DNA of 64,000 nucleotides, from assembly GCF_000150275.1 (NCBI RefSeq), contig NW_002060950.1, forward strand, positions 2,096,106 through 2,160,105. The letters are read 5' to 3'. The stretch comes from Trichoplax adhaerens (Eukaryota; Animalia; Placozoa). Of the stretch, positions 43,405 to 58,200 are shown in pieces. The notes below the pieces were generated by a model. It saw only the letters and a list, made by a program, of their open reading frames with translations. It ran no database searches and was not told where the DNA came from. The first letter of the stretch is position 1. Every line of letters starts with the position of its first letter. The translations under genes and the position numbers were made by a program.

Positions 43405-46302
43405 TTTGCTAACTTGTACAATATGTAATAATAAATTTGGTGCAGTAAGGCAAATGATTTAAAATTTAGTATTAGGCAGTTCAGCACTGTAATCAATTAC
43501 AAAATCCAGTGCTAAATAGTTCAAAACACGCAAGTTGGTAATTCTTACGCGCTGGTAATGCATATAATGTAATTTGTATAGTGCACTGCACTGTCGGCAG
43601 TACTGAAAAGTACAGTACCAAAAAAAAAAAAAAATTCAAAATTAAGCGTCAATGGTCAGAGCTGTACAGTATAGTACAGTACAGCAGCTACAGGGTATCA
43701 ATAATTTTTTTAGAATAGGCAATTAATGTGTGTTTTAATTACTTTAAAAACGACGTGAGGATTAACTAATAAAAGTTAATACATTTCAATAAAAGTCGAC
43801 AATCAATTAGTAAGGAAACAGTTTAACCTTAATGTAAATAGTAATTTGGAAGTTCGAGTTGAACAGATTTGGATTCTATGACCGTGTCAATAGTAGAGTA
43901 GTACTGTCCATGTACGATAAGTCGTAGCGTTGTAGGACTCTTGTTTTCCTATTTCTGCTTCGGCAAGCAATGCAAAATAGAGTTAATGATTATGGGACTA
44001 ACGAAAGGTAGGATTTGAATCAATTAAGCTGGAAATACCAATTGTAAAAATTGACTGCAAACTATCTCGAGCAAAGGAGTGTAATTTGGGCTAACTGTTG
44101 TTGGGATCAAGCGCAAGCTTACAACCAAAGCTAAAAGATGAAGCGCTTACGACAAGAATAAAAAAAGAAAGGTACTTTGGTGCTTTGACATCAATTAACT
44201 TGAAGAATCGGAAAAGGAGTCAGTCAAGACAAGAGGCAAGGATAGTATACCAAAGTTAGCAGAATCCAGTCCCCTTTAATAGTCCAACTGACAAGAGGGT
44301 GATATCAGCTAGGCAATACGCGTCTGTGTAATTTGATTTGCTTTTAATTGAACTGTAAGTACAATGAATGCCCAATTTCTTTTTTTTCTTTCAATAATGC
44401 GATTAATGTCGCCAATATAGACACTATTACCAATCAATTTCAGCGTATCATGAAGTATGTAGAAGAGGCAAGTGAAAAAGGGAAGAAGAAGAGAACTAAA
44501 GTTGTCCTTGCGCTCTTTTTTTCGTATACGGTATAACTCAGCTCCAGCCGAGATTCTACCAGCAAAATTTGACGTTAAACTAGTGCTGTGTTGTAACAAA
44601 GTTTCAATAGTAAACTGCAGGCAAATACCATGCAACTATATATAGCATGCCAGTCATCCACTGAGAGTCTCACCAGTGCCGTGTCAGCATGTTGCACCAC
44701 GTCCTAGAATCAGAAACAAAGAAAACACACCATTCTACTGTACATTGTATTGTAAGGTGTGTACTGTACACTGTCGTGTACAATACAGTACTGTACTGTG
44801 TGAACAGCTTCCAAAATGATTCCGCTTTGTATTTGTTAACAATGAAAGCGAGAATACTGTACGATTATGCCATTGCTATATTTGACTAAATGCGTAATTG
44901 GATTTGCATAGTTAGCCACCGATATGTTGAACAATCAAGAATGGATCAGTAGAGTTAAATGGGGTAGTCTAGAATGGTGACGAACAGTGACATCAAAATG
45001 TTAAAGTCGTCTGCTGCTCAATATTACAGTATAGACCTGCTTGCACGTACTGTGTCGTACAGGTGACACTCATGGTGATCGTAACGTACAATACAGTATT
45101 GTACTTCCCCCAGTCTGCAGTCTGATGTTTACTATCAAATTGACCTACACAGGTACTCACTACAGTAGTGAGCCTGTTGGCACTATGCACTGGGTCAACG
45201 ACTACCGTACAGTATAGAAGGAAAGAAATCGCTGAATGGCCAGTGAAAATTAGCACTCCTTCGCCTCTCCTTCTTTTGATTCTTCCTAATTGAAGACTCC
45301 TAAATCGTATACAGTAGAACCAATCTACTGTATAATATAACGTAGATATTTCATATCTTTTTTTTTTCCACACAGTCATCAAATCAGCTGTTGATTCAAT
45401 GAAATAATCGTGATGCAGTCATACGAACTAACATCCAAAAAAAAATAAATAGACGTTATATGCGTCTATAATGATATCATACTTATACCGTCCTTAGATC
45501 ATTGCAATACGGAAAGTCGGCGTAATGATGTTTATTTTTGGTGTACTGAATGCACAGCCCTATCTAGCCTATTCATTGACTACTAAAATCAAGTATAAAT
45601 TACCCTCAATTGGACAGAAAATTGAAAATAATTCGCCTAGCTATGTATGACATCTGAAAAGGTGGCGGAAACAGTATGTTCGATCCATTGGCACAATGTG
45701 GCCTTGTACATTCTGTACGTATGTTCGGATGACGTCTATGCTGCTTAACGTCAGAGAAACATACGTCCAAAGCAATTCTCAATCTCCGCATTGATTCTAA
45801 ACTTATTGCTGTGTAGAATCGGAAGTATATCCTTATTGTTGTCAATAGGTAGCAAGATTGTGTAACGTATGAGTTCAATCGAAATATTGTATAGTGCCGA
45901 GGTTATGACTTGCCCATGTTGTAAAATACGACAGAATGGTCAATCAGTTTATTTTATTATTTATTATCCTATTAAGATCATCATCATCGCTAATTAAATA
46001 TGGTATTAATCGATAAAATCAAGAATTCAGTTATGATTTGAACTGGATTAATAATTAATACACCTTTTGCTGCGATGCAGTAACACTTCAAAAGAGGAAT
46101 TATATTGTAAAGTTAAGGAAAAAAAAAAATATTAAAAAAAAATGGAGGAGTAATACATGTCTTTCTTGAAGGTGTCCGGCTAATGCTCACTTATTCCCAT
46201 GAATCTTTGACGATAACCCGATTCGGCCATATAATTTATCCCTTTAAACATCCATATAACACCTGCATCACTATGATATTATACGGTTATAGCAATAGTA
46301 GC

Positions 46303-46354
46303 ATTTATTTATTTATTTATTCTATTGACAGCCTTTATTTATTTATTTATTTAT
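46303..46354. repeat. Interrupted (ATTT)n microsatellite
   Basis: Two runs of ATTT repeats separated by CTATTGACAGCC. Confidence 0.7.
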
Positions 46355-49300
46355 ACAATATGACAGAAAGACATAGAATCTCCATTGTTCGTTCTCGCAA
46401 TCAAGTACAGTTTATAGATCGCATACGCGTAGGAAGAAGTCCACCGTGAGAGAGTGGCACTTTTCCATTAACCAGTCAGACAGGTAGAAAAAATTATATC
46501 CCCCCCCTTTCCATTAATTAATATGCGAACATTTCTTTAGTTGAGTATGGTACAGAACAACAGTACATCGTTGTTTGTCCTCTGTAAAACCGGTCGTTCC
46601 ATTACCCAATGGGCATCGTTCATTAATTTACTAATTATAGGCTTATAATATAGACCATAATTATACTGTATATAGAAGTTGTCCAATCTATAGTAGATTG
46701 GTATGCAGATGACGGAGAAAGGAGATTTTTGTTGTTATACTTATATTCCAATTCGGCCCACTTCTATTAAACTCAACTTGCATACTACTAGTTGCATTCA
46801 ATGATAATGTATATATACGTACTTGGTTATGGAATACTAAACAAATACGGTATTTCTTTCCTAGTATATGACTTGGTACAGCTTGAGAGGTAGGATTGAT
46901 GAACAAATGAGAGTTACATCTACAATATCGCTTCTAATGTTAATAAGCATTTTGTAAAATCACGGATTTTTTCAAAATAATGCGAACATCATCAAAGAAT
47001 CACTATTTCAATAAAAGAAGTTGCAATGTTACTATATGCTAAATTTCTATAATCTACGTCGATGCTACATGACAACATAACGATTATACTCTAAAGAAAA
47101 TAATCTTTGAAATCTTTTCTCACAATTTTTACTATTGAAATATTCTTCACTGGTAATTTCATGTATTAAGCTAATAACGAAGCACCCAGTACACGATTTT
47201 TTTGATAAATGAAGTGGGCGCTCGAGATACTTGCTTATTGGTAAGGCTTAAAGCAATCCTACGAAATGATAACCTGATTTTTCGCTAACGCGTGCAGTTT
47301 ATAGCCATGATTAATTTGATATTTATCCATAAGTATACATTATGAACCTAACTGATTGTAAGAAAATTAAGCCCATAAATAAAGGTCTTATTGGTCTATC
47401 CACTGATAAAATTCGTTCATATAGAACAATGTCGATTACATCTAAAGGTATAGTGCACTGATGATTCACCCCTAATCAATCACTTATGCTATCTATATAT
47501 CAACAGCTTTAATTACCAATTAAGTCGTATCAAACTTTTTCCTTTCTTTATGAATATTTACTCAATTCATAAAACTTTAAAATGGCTTATTCCTCGTACA
47601 AGTGAAAATATTCCCGTACTGCATTGATCTTTAGATTCTTATCATTTTACATCCATTCAATACACTTGGAATGGAAGCATTAGAATGCGATACTGCACGT
47701 AATCGTGATTCATGATATACACGTAAGTCCGATCCAATTAATATAACTTCAAGCCACTAGCTACGAAAACTTTGGGATCATTATTTTCGCTGCTCTGCCC
47801 AATAACAGATCAAAAATTAAACACCGAATCAAAAAGCTCCCATTTATTTGGCATATTCTATCGACATTATATATGTACTTAATAGTTATTGCAAACGATG
47901 TTCAGTGCATTAAGATAAATGAATCAGTTGTTTATAATTTGACTACCTTACAAATCTAACGAATATGATTATGAATATTTATAATAAACACAGTTCACTT
48001 TGTTTTACTGGGCCCGTAACGTTTGACTCATTCTAAATCAAGAATAGCTTGTATCAATTAATCACGAGTTGATGCGGTACTACTTACACTGCTGGGTAAA
48101 CTATTAAATATAATGACGAAAGGCATAACTTTCCTTGCTAGTAGACAATGCAATCAATCACTAATTAATTGCAATAATTACAATTTAATGACAGACCTGT
48201 TGCTCCGTGATATATTATAATGCCCAATTCTAATATAAGTTAAGGTCTTCGATTGTTTTATCTGTTGTTGTTGACATAATGCAAGACATATCTAGGATAA
48301 ATATCATAATTTGGTCCTTCCTTTAGGAACGCAATGAATTAAAATGATAAAGTTATGGGCGTTGATTTAATCTTGACATTGACCAATCATTTCACATTTA
48401 TGCTAAAGCATAGCCTATATGGTTTAAGTCACGTAGACCTTACTTCTACGGAATTGTTGCAGCACTTGTGATAAGCACAATCTATTTTTTTAGTAACCGT
48501 CTGACTGCATAGTAACGTATAGAGATGTTGTGCTATCACCCTGAATAAAGTAAAATTAATCAATGCAGCTAAGATTTAATTTATTGCCAGTATATAAGAA
48601 TGATACTTCAGGAGAACAAAGTAATATTATCCTTTATTAATAATTATAATAAATGCAATTAATTAATTTATTGATTTATCGGTAAAAGGAATATCAAATT
48701 GGAAATTAGTTTAGACAGAGTGACAGCATTGTTTATGAAGGAACTTTTCATGCTTTTCACTCATAAACATAATCTATTCTTTCGTATTCAATAATATTTA
48801 ATCTTTACGATCAGCCCACTATTACCTCACCAATAATAGCAAAATGCAACAAAATTTCTGATACGAACGCTTGTTAACTGCCTCAATTTGCTACTTAAAA
48901 GCTTTTTTACCATCAATAAGACAACATTACTAAAGAACGAGTAATTAACTTTCACATCTAATTATTTTACGATGTGCCAGTCAAGAAAACATCTACGGAA
49001 AATAAATTTTAACTTTTCTAAAACAAATTTTTGAAGTGAATTAAGAACTTTTACATTGTATAAAATATCAGTAGTATTAATTTTAAATTTGGACTTTGTT
49101 AACAGTAAATGAATTTAACTTTAATCCCATCGGCTAAAAAAGTTATTGCCGTACTGAAATATCATATTATGATAATAGAATCTGGCCACAATCATGGGCG
49201 ATAATCCATGACATTATTAAGCTTTCAACGTGACATCTTATTATCGTGCGCACGTACAGTATTGTACTATAAATATAATAGTTAAACAAATCAACGGACA

Positions 49301-52300
49301 AAGTCTCATGATAGCATATTAATAAGGAATTAGAAATACATTAATAATTAAACTTTAATTCATATCGTTACAGGACTACCTTTCCTTCTGCCATGACAGT
49401 TAAATGATGAATAATGTATGTGTATATGTGTCTATATAGGTACATTGAGTAATTTAAAAATTTATGACAGGAGTATAATAGCAGGCGTCATCAATGAATC
49501 GTGCAACTTTGCCGACTGCACTTATAAATTATTAAACACTGAAACATCATTAGGAGTTGCAAATAGTATTAACACAAATAAAATTTATTTTTACTTTCTT
49601 CATCCGCAAGACATTATTTGAAATAGATAATGACTGCCTGCACAATTTTAACGCCCTACGACAAAGTAAATCAACACAATATGAACAATGACTAATAAGT
49701 CTGTATTTTATGTAAATTACACTTGCTTTACCTACAGTACTCTTCCTTCCGTTCATAAATGTACATGGGCCAATCGAGGCAAATTACGTAATTTGGTTCT
49801 TATTTTGCGTGATAAATTTTATCACTGGCAGTAAATGAGGCCCTAATTTCGTATAATATACTAGATTTAAAGGAATGTAAGGTTATTATAAGTTAAGGAG
49901 GACAATCTACAAGAATGTTCCTAAAACGAAAATTAGATACATTATGACATCAACCATGATGTAATGTTGGACAATTTTGTGCAAGACTTTCGCTACGATA
50001 GATTTTTAATATTCCTCTCCAGTTCAGACAAAGTACCGTACTGTAGATCAATCTAACTGTATTATGTAAATGAGGCATAAACTATTAATAAAATGATATG
50101 TAATATAGCTATTAACATTAAATTAGAGACGCAATACAATTAAATAATAAAGCTTATTCAATTATAATATTGTAGTAAAAGTAAACAGTGACTGATGAAA
50201 TATACCAATATAGTATCATCAATAGTAATGTAATCTGGATCATGTCGCTTCTGGTTACCGCCCTAATAAATGAAAGTTATCATAAAATAAATGCTAAAGA
50301 TTCTGTACCAACTAATTGGATATATTCACAGATTAATTAATCTACTGCATGTCGCAAACAATCAACTTCACTTAATTCGTTTTATATTTTAATAAAGTAG
50401 TATAGAATTTATTAAACGAATGATACGCTTACCTATGGGCTGCTAAAGCATGAACTACTACCATTAATGTAGGACATTATCTAACATTCCAACTTGTCAT
50501 CGTTATACGTATTTCTATGTAGTAAAAATGGCGATCACGTTACGATCTATTCATCAATCTTACAAATTAAGGCAGACATGAAACGGATATTAATATTTAT
50601 AGCAAATAAAAGTCTCATTCATCCACTTTGTACACGCTTACAGATATTTATATATAATTAGACGTTTAGTGACAAGATTTCCATATGTTTGATTCAGATC
50701 ATACATACAAATACCACAATTTCAGTAATTTTGGTAGAATTGCATCACTACAATATCGATGTGTAACTCCTCCGTTCAGGGAGCAATAAAAAAAATAAAA
50801 AAATTCATAATGAATCGATACGTATCCTGTTCTGACAGGTTAAGGTGACAATAAATCCAACGTTAACTAAATTTTGCGAATGTGAATCTTTGTAAATAAA
50901 TATTATCTACCCTAAGAACTCATACTTTACCACTAGCATTGTCATGATCAAAGTATGTATCGCAAGTACAGTATATAACAGTAAATTAGAACATAAGCTA
51001 TACTACTGTTCGTATGCGTTTAGAAAAAACATGAAGGCAAATTCTAAGTCAATCGTTTTCATTAGTTTAACGAGAGCTAGAGCACATTTATTAGCCAAAT
51101 ACTAATTTAGGGATATTTTAATTAACTTAACTAATACTTATTTTGCTTCTAAATTTTACATCGAGTAGTATGAATCACCATTTTGCGGTATGATGAACAC
51201 TGATGAAACTATTGAAATTACTAAAATAGCAGATCTTTCTTAGTTTCTCATAGGTAGGATTCCCAGGCAAGACATCATTTAAATTGGCTTCCATTATCAC
51301 ACCAATAAATTGACAGTTTTTCGTATAATTTTATTGCTATTTCTAGTTCAGTACAAGAAATATGAACTTTGCTTTTCAATCGTAATATTAGCGACAAAAT
51401 GATATGTATCTTTTCCATTTAAGGAACGATCTACTATACCTAAAGAGTGATAATGTATGACAGAGTACGTTATGAAAGATCTTTTTATTTGTCCTTTTAA
51501 AGCTCCTTTAAAAGTGAACAGGAGATTTGGTTTAACGGAAGTTGCAATGCAAGTATTCGTATATGCAATTCCAGGCTCAAATTTAAGCCTCCACCTTATA
51601 GATTTAGTCATAAAATGTAATACAGCCTAGTTACAGATTTACAGTATATACTTCTTGCACAGTTTTTACTAGATTGTTCGGCTTAAGATGGAATCTCAAA
51701 ATTCGAGCGTCAATTAACTCAAGGACTTTTGGTACTGATCGACATATATAGTCACAGCTTCTTACTGCCTCGCAATACTTCGATTACTTAAAATCGATAT
51801 TTAGCACTTTTAGGTGTAACATTATTCACTAAAAAAATTCTGAACCTGCTAAATAATCTCACGGTAGATCATCATAACTAGAAAATAGGATGGCTGCTGT
51901 AATACTTGTTTTTACTCACTGGATCTTTCATAATCTTATCCAACCATTTACGAAAAATAATCACAGAATAAAATATGTCCGAAATAAGATACTATGGTTA
52001 AAATATGGAGGGCTAACGGACTTGATAGCACTTTAAATTTATTGAATATATTCGGTTCGAAATCTTAAAGGTAATTACAGTCAATCTGTTTTTGGAATAC
52101 TAGAGGGTGGCCCATGATACTTTATGTAAGTCAAACTATATCTTTATTGCAGATAGTAATTTACTAATTAAATAGTAATTGACAGAAGCAAGTTCATATC
52201 ACCTTCGATGGATAAAATACAGCTTCACAGGATCAAACATTCAGCGTATTCTCATACGTTTACTTGCATAGAATCGAAATAGTATGTCGGTACGTCCTGT

Positions 52301-52972
52301 ATTGTGAGAGCAATATTTAAGCTGGAATAACTGAACTAGAAGTACTTTTAAAGAGGAGTTGACATTGTCAACTCTTTAGAGCACTACAGGACTTCGATCT
52401 GTCTTTTGGCTCTTCCTTACTTGCATTTACAAACTACTGGTACTGTAATCACTTACTATATATAAATGATCTTTTATCGTTGCCACAAATACAAGTACCA
52501 AAATGTTACACTAAATGTAACAGTCAATGACTTTTATACAAAAGATATTGACTATTTACAGGTTTACTAAAATATAAATAACAATGTAGAGTACGAAATT
52601 TGAAAAAGTTTTATATATAGTAGAAAACTGGAAATCTCTCGACATATATGTAGCGACTGTTTGAAAAATTTTCAAATTTATCACCTTTATGGTGTATGGG
52701 TTAACTTTTAGAAGAGTGCACACAGTGTATTCGCATATCATACATTAGTAGTGACTATATTCAGTAAAGATACAAATATGAATACGTAAAGAAGTTACCA
52801 CCTTTAACAGTATCACAATATTCAATTTTAAGTATCAGAAGTTTGGCTTACCGATAAATAGCACTGCTTGTATATTTGCTTACTTCTATCATTATTTTAT
52901 TGGTGAATACGGAAGCTAGAAAGACATCTTTAAAGTCAGACCAGATATATTGACCAAAGCCGATCATCATCA

Positions 52973-53401
52973 ATGGGTCCAATGCTATATGGTGCTATGT
53001 ATCCCTTCAGCTATTCCATCTTGCGAGAAATTTGCAGCTATCCTGGTAGCTATGTTGCAGTTTGGTCTGATACAACAGCCAAAAGTTTTATCCATGTGTA
53101 TTACCAACACGATCAGGGTTATTATAATCGACATCTATCAGAAAAGTTAACCCATCTGTGTAAAAAGGCATTTGAAGGAGATATTGGCGTCTCTCGAGGT
53201 GAATTTCAAGATCGATGCTACATTAGGAGAAAAACTGGGAGGCAATGTATTTACTACAGATATTGTAAGCCTAGCAAAATCATTCCCAAGGTCAAACATA
53301 TTTATCAAAATATTTCTCAAACCAGCATTATAGATGAAGATATCTTGGATGCAATTTTAATTAATGCTAAACACCAAGAAAATAGTGGTGATAAGAATTA
53401 A
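52973..53401 (+). CDS. Hypothetical orphan ORF of 142 aa with 5 Cys; no recognised family
   Basis: This is the longest unexplained ORF in the window, in an AT-rich background where such length is uncommon. It has protein-like composition and an AATAAA about 50 nt after the stop. The frame stays open upstream to a TAA at 52931, so it may be a terminal exon. Confidence 0.45.
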   Translation: MGPMLYGAMYPFSYSILREICSYPGSYVAVWSDTTAKSFIHVYYQHDQGYYNRHLSEKLTHLCKKAFEGDIGVSRGEFQDRCYIRRKTGRQCIYYRYCKPSKIIPKVKHIYQNISQTSIIDEDILDAILINAKHQENSGDKN

Positions 53402-55290
53402 AATAGAAATTGTATTATTCAAGTAATTGAGATATTATATTTATTCAACAATAAAAGGAAAATTACCAAACAGTATATAAAAGCAAGTTTTATTAACTTC
53501 CTCTACAGATTCGTGACTCACAATCGTAAAATATGCGTGTATGTCCTAGCGGCATTAGTTGAATTCATTAACTGATTATTATTATCGTTGCTTTGTTACT
53601 GAATTCTAATAATAGATTAATTTTGAATTGCAACATGAATACTGGATCGAAGTTCAACAATTTCTCAGCCTAACTACAGTCCTTGGCCACAGACAGACTT
53701 AGAAAAGTTGAGCAAAAAATAATTATTTCAACACTTCAAAAGCGTGGTAACTCGATTTCGACATAACAAATAGAAAAAGATATAATGAATTCAGCAATTG
53801 ATTTAGACACGTATTAATCAGAACAAATTTGGCGTAAAATTACAACTGCAATCATTTATAGAGCGCTAACAAGACTGTCATACCATTATTGAATAATTGA
53901 CCTAACAAATTGCCGGCGATTTTTTTATGAATCATGTTTTTTTTACCTCTTTAAGACACGTAATAATATGTAAGTAGCCGCACTACATCAATATTCTCCT
54001 AATTCAATAGCAGGGTTAACAAACGAATTAGACTTAAATATCGTTCTCTTAACAATTGAAAGGCAATCAATTTTGGCCTGGATAAGAGATGTTGTAATTC
54101 AAAATGACGTTAATAAAAACTTTAATGGAACGACTGCATGAAAAGATTGTAAATAATAAGTGGATGAAAATGTAATAGTGTTGTAAAAGCATATTACAAA
54201 GTGCTGAAGCATTAAGTAAGATTAAGAATTCTATCTTTTGTCACAGTATCGTAGTAGCAGACATCACGATGTATCTGAGCAGTATCGGAATGTGGTTCAA
54301 CATAGAAGTAATTTTATCATTCTTTGCGATGATACAGCGATAAATATCGATAATACTGTAATGGAACAGCAACAAAATAAAATATTGACGATAGATTAAT
54401 CTTACCCACTTGCAGCCTTTAAATGGTGTCTTGTATCATTCATTGAAAAAGCTGGACAATTCTAATTCCCAATTTTGTTTCTTAAATCAATTCCGAGCAG
54501 CAGCTTATAAAGTAATTGTTTAAATCTAATCATTTGCAAATTCATTATGGCTACCTTAAATTAATCAATTATTTAATAGAGACACAATCGTAACTACTCT
54601 CCTCTCGTGTAGCACTTTACCGTAAAAGGCTTCAGATTCCGTAAAGCAACTATAGCAGGATAGATAATCCTGCTATTTAATAAATAGCCTAAGGAAAAAC
54701 AATATTTTTCTATTTGCTAATAATGCCATTTTGTATTTTCGATATGTCTATACAATTTGCCCAATTACAGGGTTGTAGCCTTGTAATGCGATCATAGCAT
54801 AGAATTAACCAACCATTCCGATGCCTGCTAGCAGACAGATTATATAACCGAAAGCCATACAGAAATTTAATCCAACAGATATCTATAGTATACATACTAG
54901 TTGATTGCAATCATGACTACACGTATATCTGATCGTCAAATAGCCAATCAAAATTATCAAAATGTAAATGCCATGATACAATAATGTAATTAGCTCTAGG
55001 TTATTCTCCTTGTTGTTGAGAACTAGTAAAGAATGCCAACGAGTTTGATTTGTTCTGAAACACTAATAATAATGATTTTTTTAAGCACTATCATTATCTA
55101 GATCACATTGACATCCATCATAGAATAAAAGAGTTTATCACGAATGGTCTTCAAGACGCTAAAGGCAACAGTGGATAAATGATATCAATGTATTTATTAA
55201 TTGATGCAATCAATCGAAAATTTCATTAAATTTAGGAGTAAGATTATCATGCTTACTGATTAGTAATGCCATACCATATCAGCTGTTAAA

Positions 55291-58200
55291 ATGAATGCCG
55301 AAACCGAAGCTTTTTCCAATACTAATTCATCTAACATTGATATTGACAACGGTTGCTCTTCAGAGGAATGGAATACGATGGCATTAACTGCAGCAACTGT
55401 AGAAGCCTACTTAGATAGCCATGATGAATTTACCAAGCAATATTTCTGTCGTAAAATTAGTTCAAACCATCTGAATTGGTGGATGCTGGAAGATGATCAA
55501 GGATCCAGTAAGATTGAAGTTAATCGTATGTCTGATGAGCGTTTCAGTCCAGGCAAGCAAATTTTGAAACCTTACATTACTGGTAGTGCTTTCTCTCCAG
55601 CTCATTCGCTAGAATCATTTGCAAGTGTCAATGATGATCATGATACCAATAAATACGATACTGCTCCAAATTCATTATTTGATTCGCTCAATGTGGATTC
55701 CGATGAATTGCAATCTAACACTTATAAAGAGCAATACTTGAAACAGTTGGATGAGCATGAAATGTTTATGGAGTTGATTAAAGATATTTCTGAAGAATTA
55801 GACATGATCAAGCTAACCCATAAAATATTGGTCAATGTCAATATCTTAACTAATAGTGATCGTTGTTCCTTATTTCTTGTGCGAGGGAGTAATGATCGCA
55901 AGGTGTTGGTTTCCAAATTATTTGATATTACTTCTAACTCAATCCTTGATAAAGCCCAATCCAGGAAAGAAATTCGAGTTCCTTTTGGTAAAGGTATCGC
56001 TGGCACTACGGCAGCGACTGGCGAAGTTATTAATATCGTTGATGTCTACAATGTAAGTAGAATTTCATCAGGCGATTACTCCCATTATAAAAATGTGTTC
56101 ATAGACTTGCAAGGTAATGATGAAATGACTTGATTGTTAAAAATGTATTCGCTTTCTGTATATGAAGCGATCATGTGGATTTTAGGTCTTCAAAATTTTT
56201 TTCAACTTCTTTGATCGAAATATTTCGATTTTGTTAAAAATTTAGGACACAAATAAGTCTATAACGAATGTTATGGTAGTAAATACCGCAATCATAACTA
56301 ATTGTGTCTATTTTAATACTGATATAGAAATCAGTTTTTTGTCCATATTAGTTTGATCCGTTAACTTAAGTAACCAGAAGGTGGAAAAAGAAAGGCATAA
56401 TTTGCTTTGAGAGTAAGGCGCCACTTCTATATTTTTGACTACATTAATAAAAATTATGGCTTTGAATTTTAGGGTTGGATACGATAAATCTATTCGTAGT
56501 TTAAAACTAATTTTTCTGGGCGTAATCGGCGATACATTTAAAAGTTATTCAGAAGAAGGAAAGTACCGTAATTGAAAAGTTTTTCGTCCGTGTCGAGGCA
56601 ATAGTCGCTTTGGCTTTAGTTTTGTCGATGGAAGAATTTTAATCGTAAACAGTTCCTTACTTTTGATTAGTCAAAATACTGTAAATACGTACAGTACAGT
56701 ACTGTACTTTATTTATAAATTTATAGCCCACATAAATAGAGGTACCAAATCCCAATCAATATTTAATCCAATTTACCATCAATCTACGAGTCAGCTTGCT
56801 CTAATAATAGTCTGATCTTTAAAATAATCTGATGGCCGCATTTTAAGATCAGATACTATAAACCAATTGATAGTTTAGATTTATTTTTTGCATGGCCCAA
56901 TCAACGATTTGTCAAAGTAATCAAGAAAGATTTTATAAGAAGAAATCATCTTATCTATGGCTAGGTAACGATCTTTTTTTTATCCGTCATGAAGATCAAA
57001 ATTACAGCATCGAAACCTTTTAACATGGGTACATTGGATGTAGTAAAGCAGCTTGCATGAATTTAAGGTTCAATTTTGTAGTTTGATTAACGATATTTCT
57101 CCTGTCTCTGGTGTACCATTGCCTACCATAAGATTGACCAATGCTAACTCTTACGGAGCTTACTTCATTGTGCACGCTCGAAATTTAAAAAAAACTGATT
57201 ATGGTAACCTCATTACATTGAATCTCCTAATTTGTCAAGATATCACAAGCTACAGATAGAAAATTTGAATACTCATCCAAGAATATTTCTAATTGTTCAA
57301 TCTTAACCATTCTACCCCTCATTGAAGATTGTTAGCATTAATCATTTATTTGCTAACTTGTTTCCGATTTCTACCATGGACTCGTAAATTGTTGTATCAA
57401 TGTAGAGTAAATAGATATATTTGGTCTGGTTAGAAGACTTTTTCATCTCAAAAGTTAAAATATGAACATATTACGTATGAGAAATGATGAGACTTAGGAC
57501 AACATTGGCCATATATTACTTTAATTTACGCCCAGAATGTTCGATATTTTAGTATAAGATACTCAGGTGACGTATTTGCTTTACAATTACTAATACCTTG
57601 CATGGCTTTTAACGTTTTAGGATTGCAGATTTTATTCAGAAATTGATAAAAATACTGGCTATCGTACCAAAAGTATCTTATGTATGCCCATTAAGAAAAA
57701 GTCAGGTGAAGTAAGTCCACTTTTTAATGAATTGTGTAGATTAGAAAAATTTTATAAAAACAAAAATAGGCCGTCGTTTCATTTCGATTTGTTAACTTTT
57801 CATTCCTAATAAGTTAATGTAAAATATTAGCATATACGCCTATATATGCTACTACAACATTCTTTTTTGTATGCAATAGAATAATACTTTATATGAAAAT
57901 AAAGTAGAATTTTCTTATTTATATTCCTTCTTCAGCCAATAATCCAGAATTACAGCACCAATTAATAATAGATTTAATAACATAATCGCAGACATGAGGC
58001 TAGAAATTGAAAATTTTTTGAAGGCATGGCCACTATTATCTGTTTTATCCTATTTTGATTATTATCTTATCACTGCTGATTACAGTAATATATTGCACAA
58101 TTTTCTTATCGTCAAGAAACGATTGCAAATTAAATATGCGGCTAAAGCTAGAGCACGTGTACTGCATCATAGTGACCTAGAAAGCCCATGCCGCATCATA

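Noticed and set aside
44309-45382. ORFs of 108, 62, 66 and 129 aa upstream of DUSP
   Set aside because: They are low-complexity products of A/T runs and TACAGTA motifs, with no recognisable domains or consistent splice structure.
55722-56056. Antisense and alternate-frame ORFs over PDE exon 1 (similarly 40118-40318, 42902-43132 and 16898-17080)
   Set aside because: These are shadow ORFs of real coding exons.
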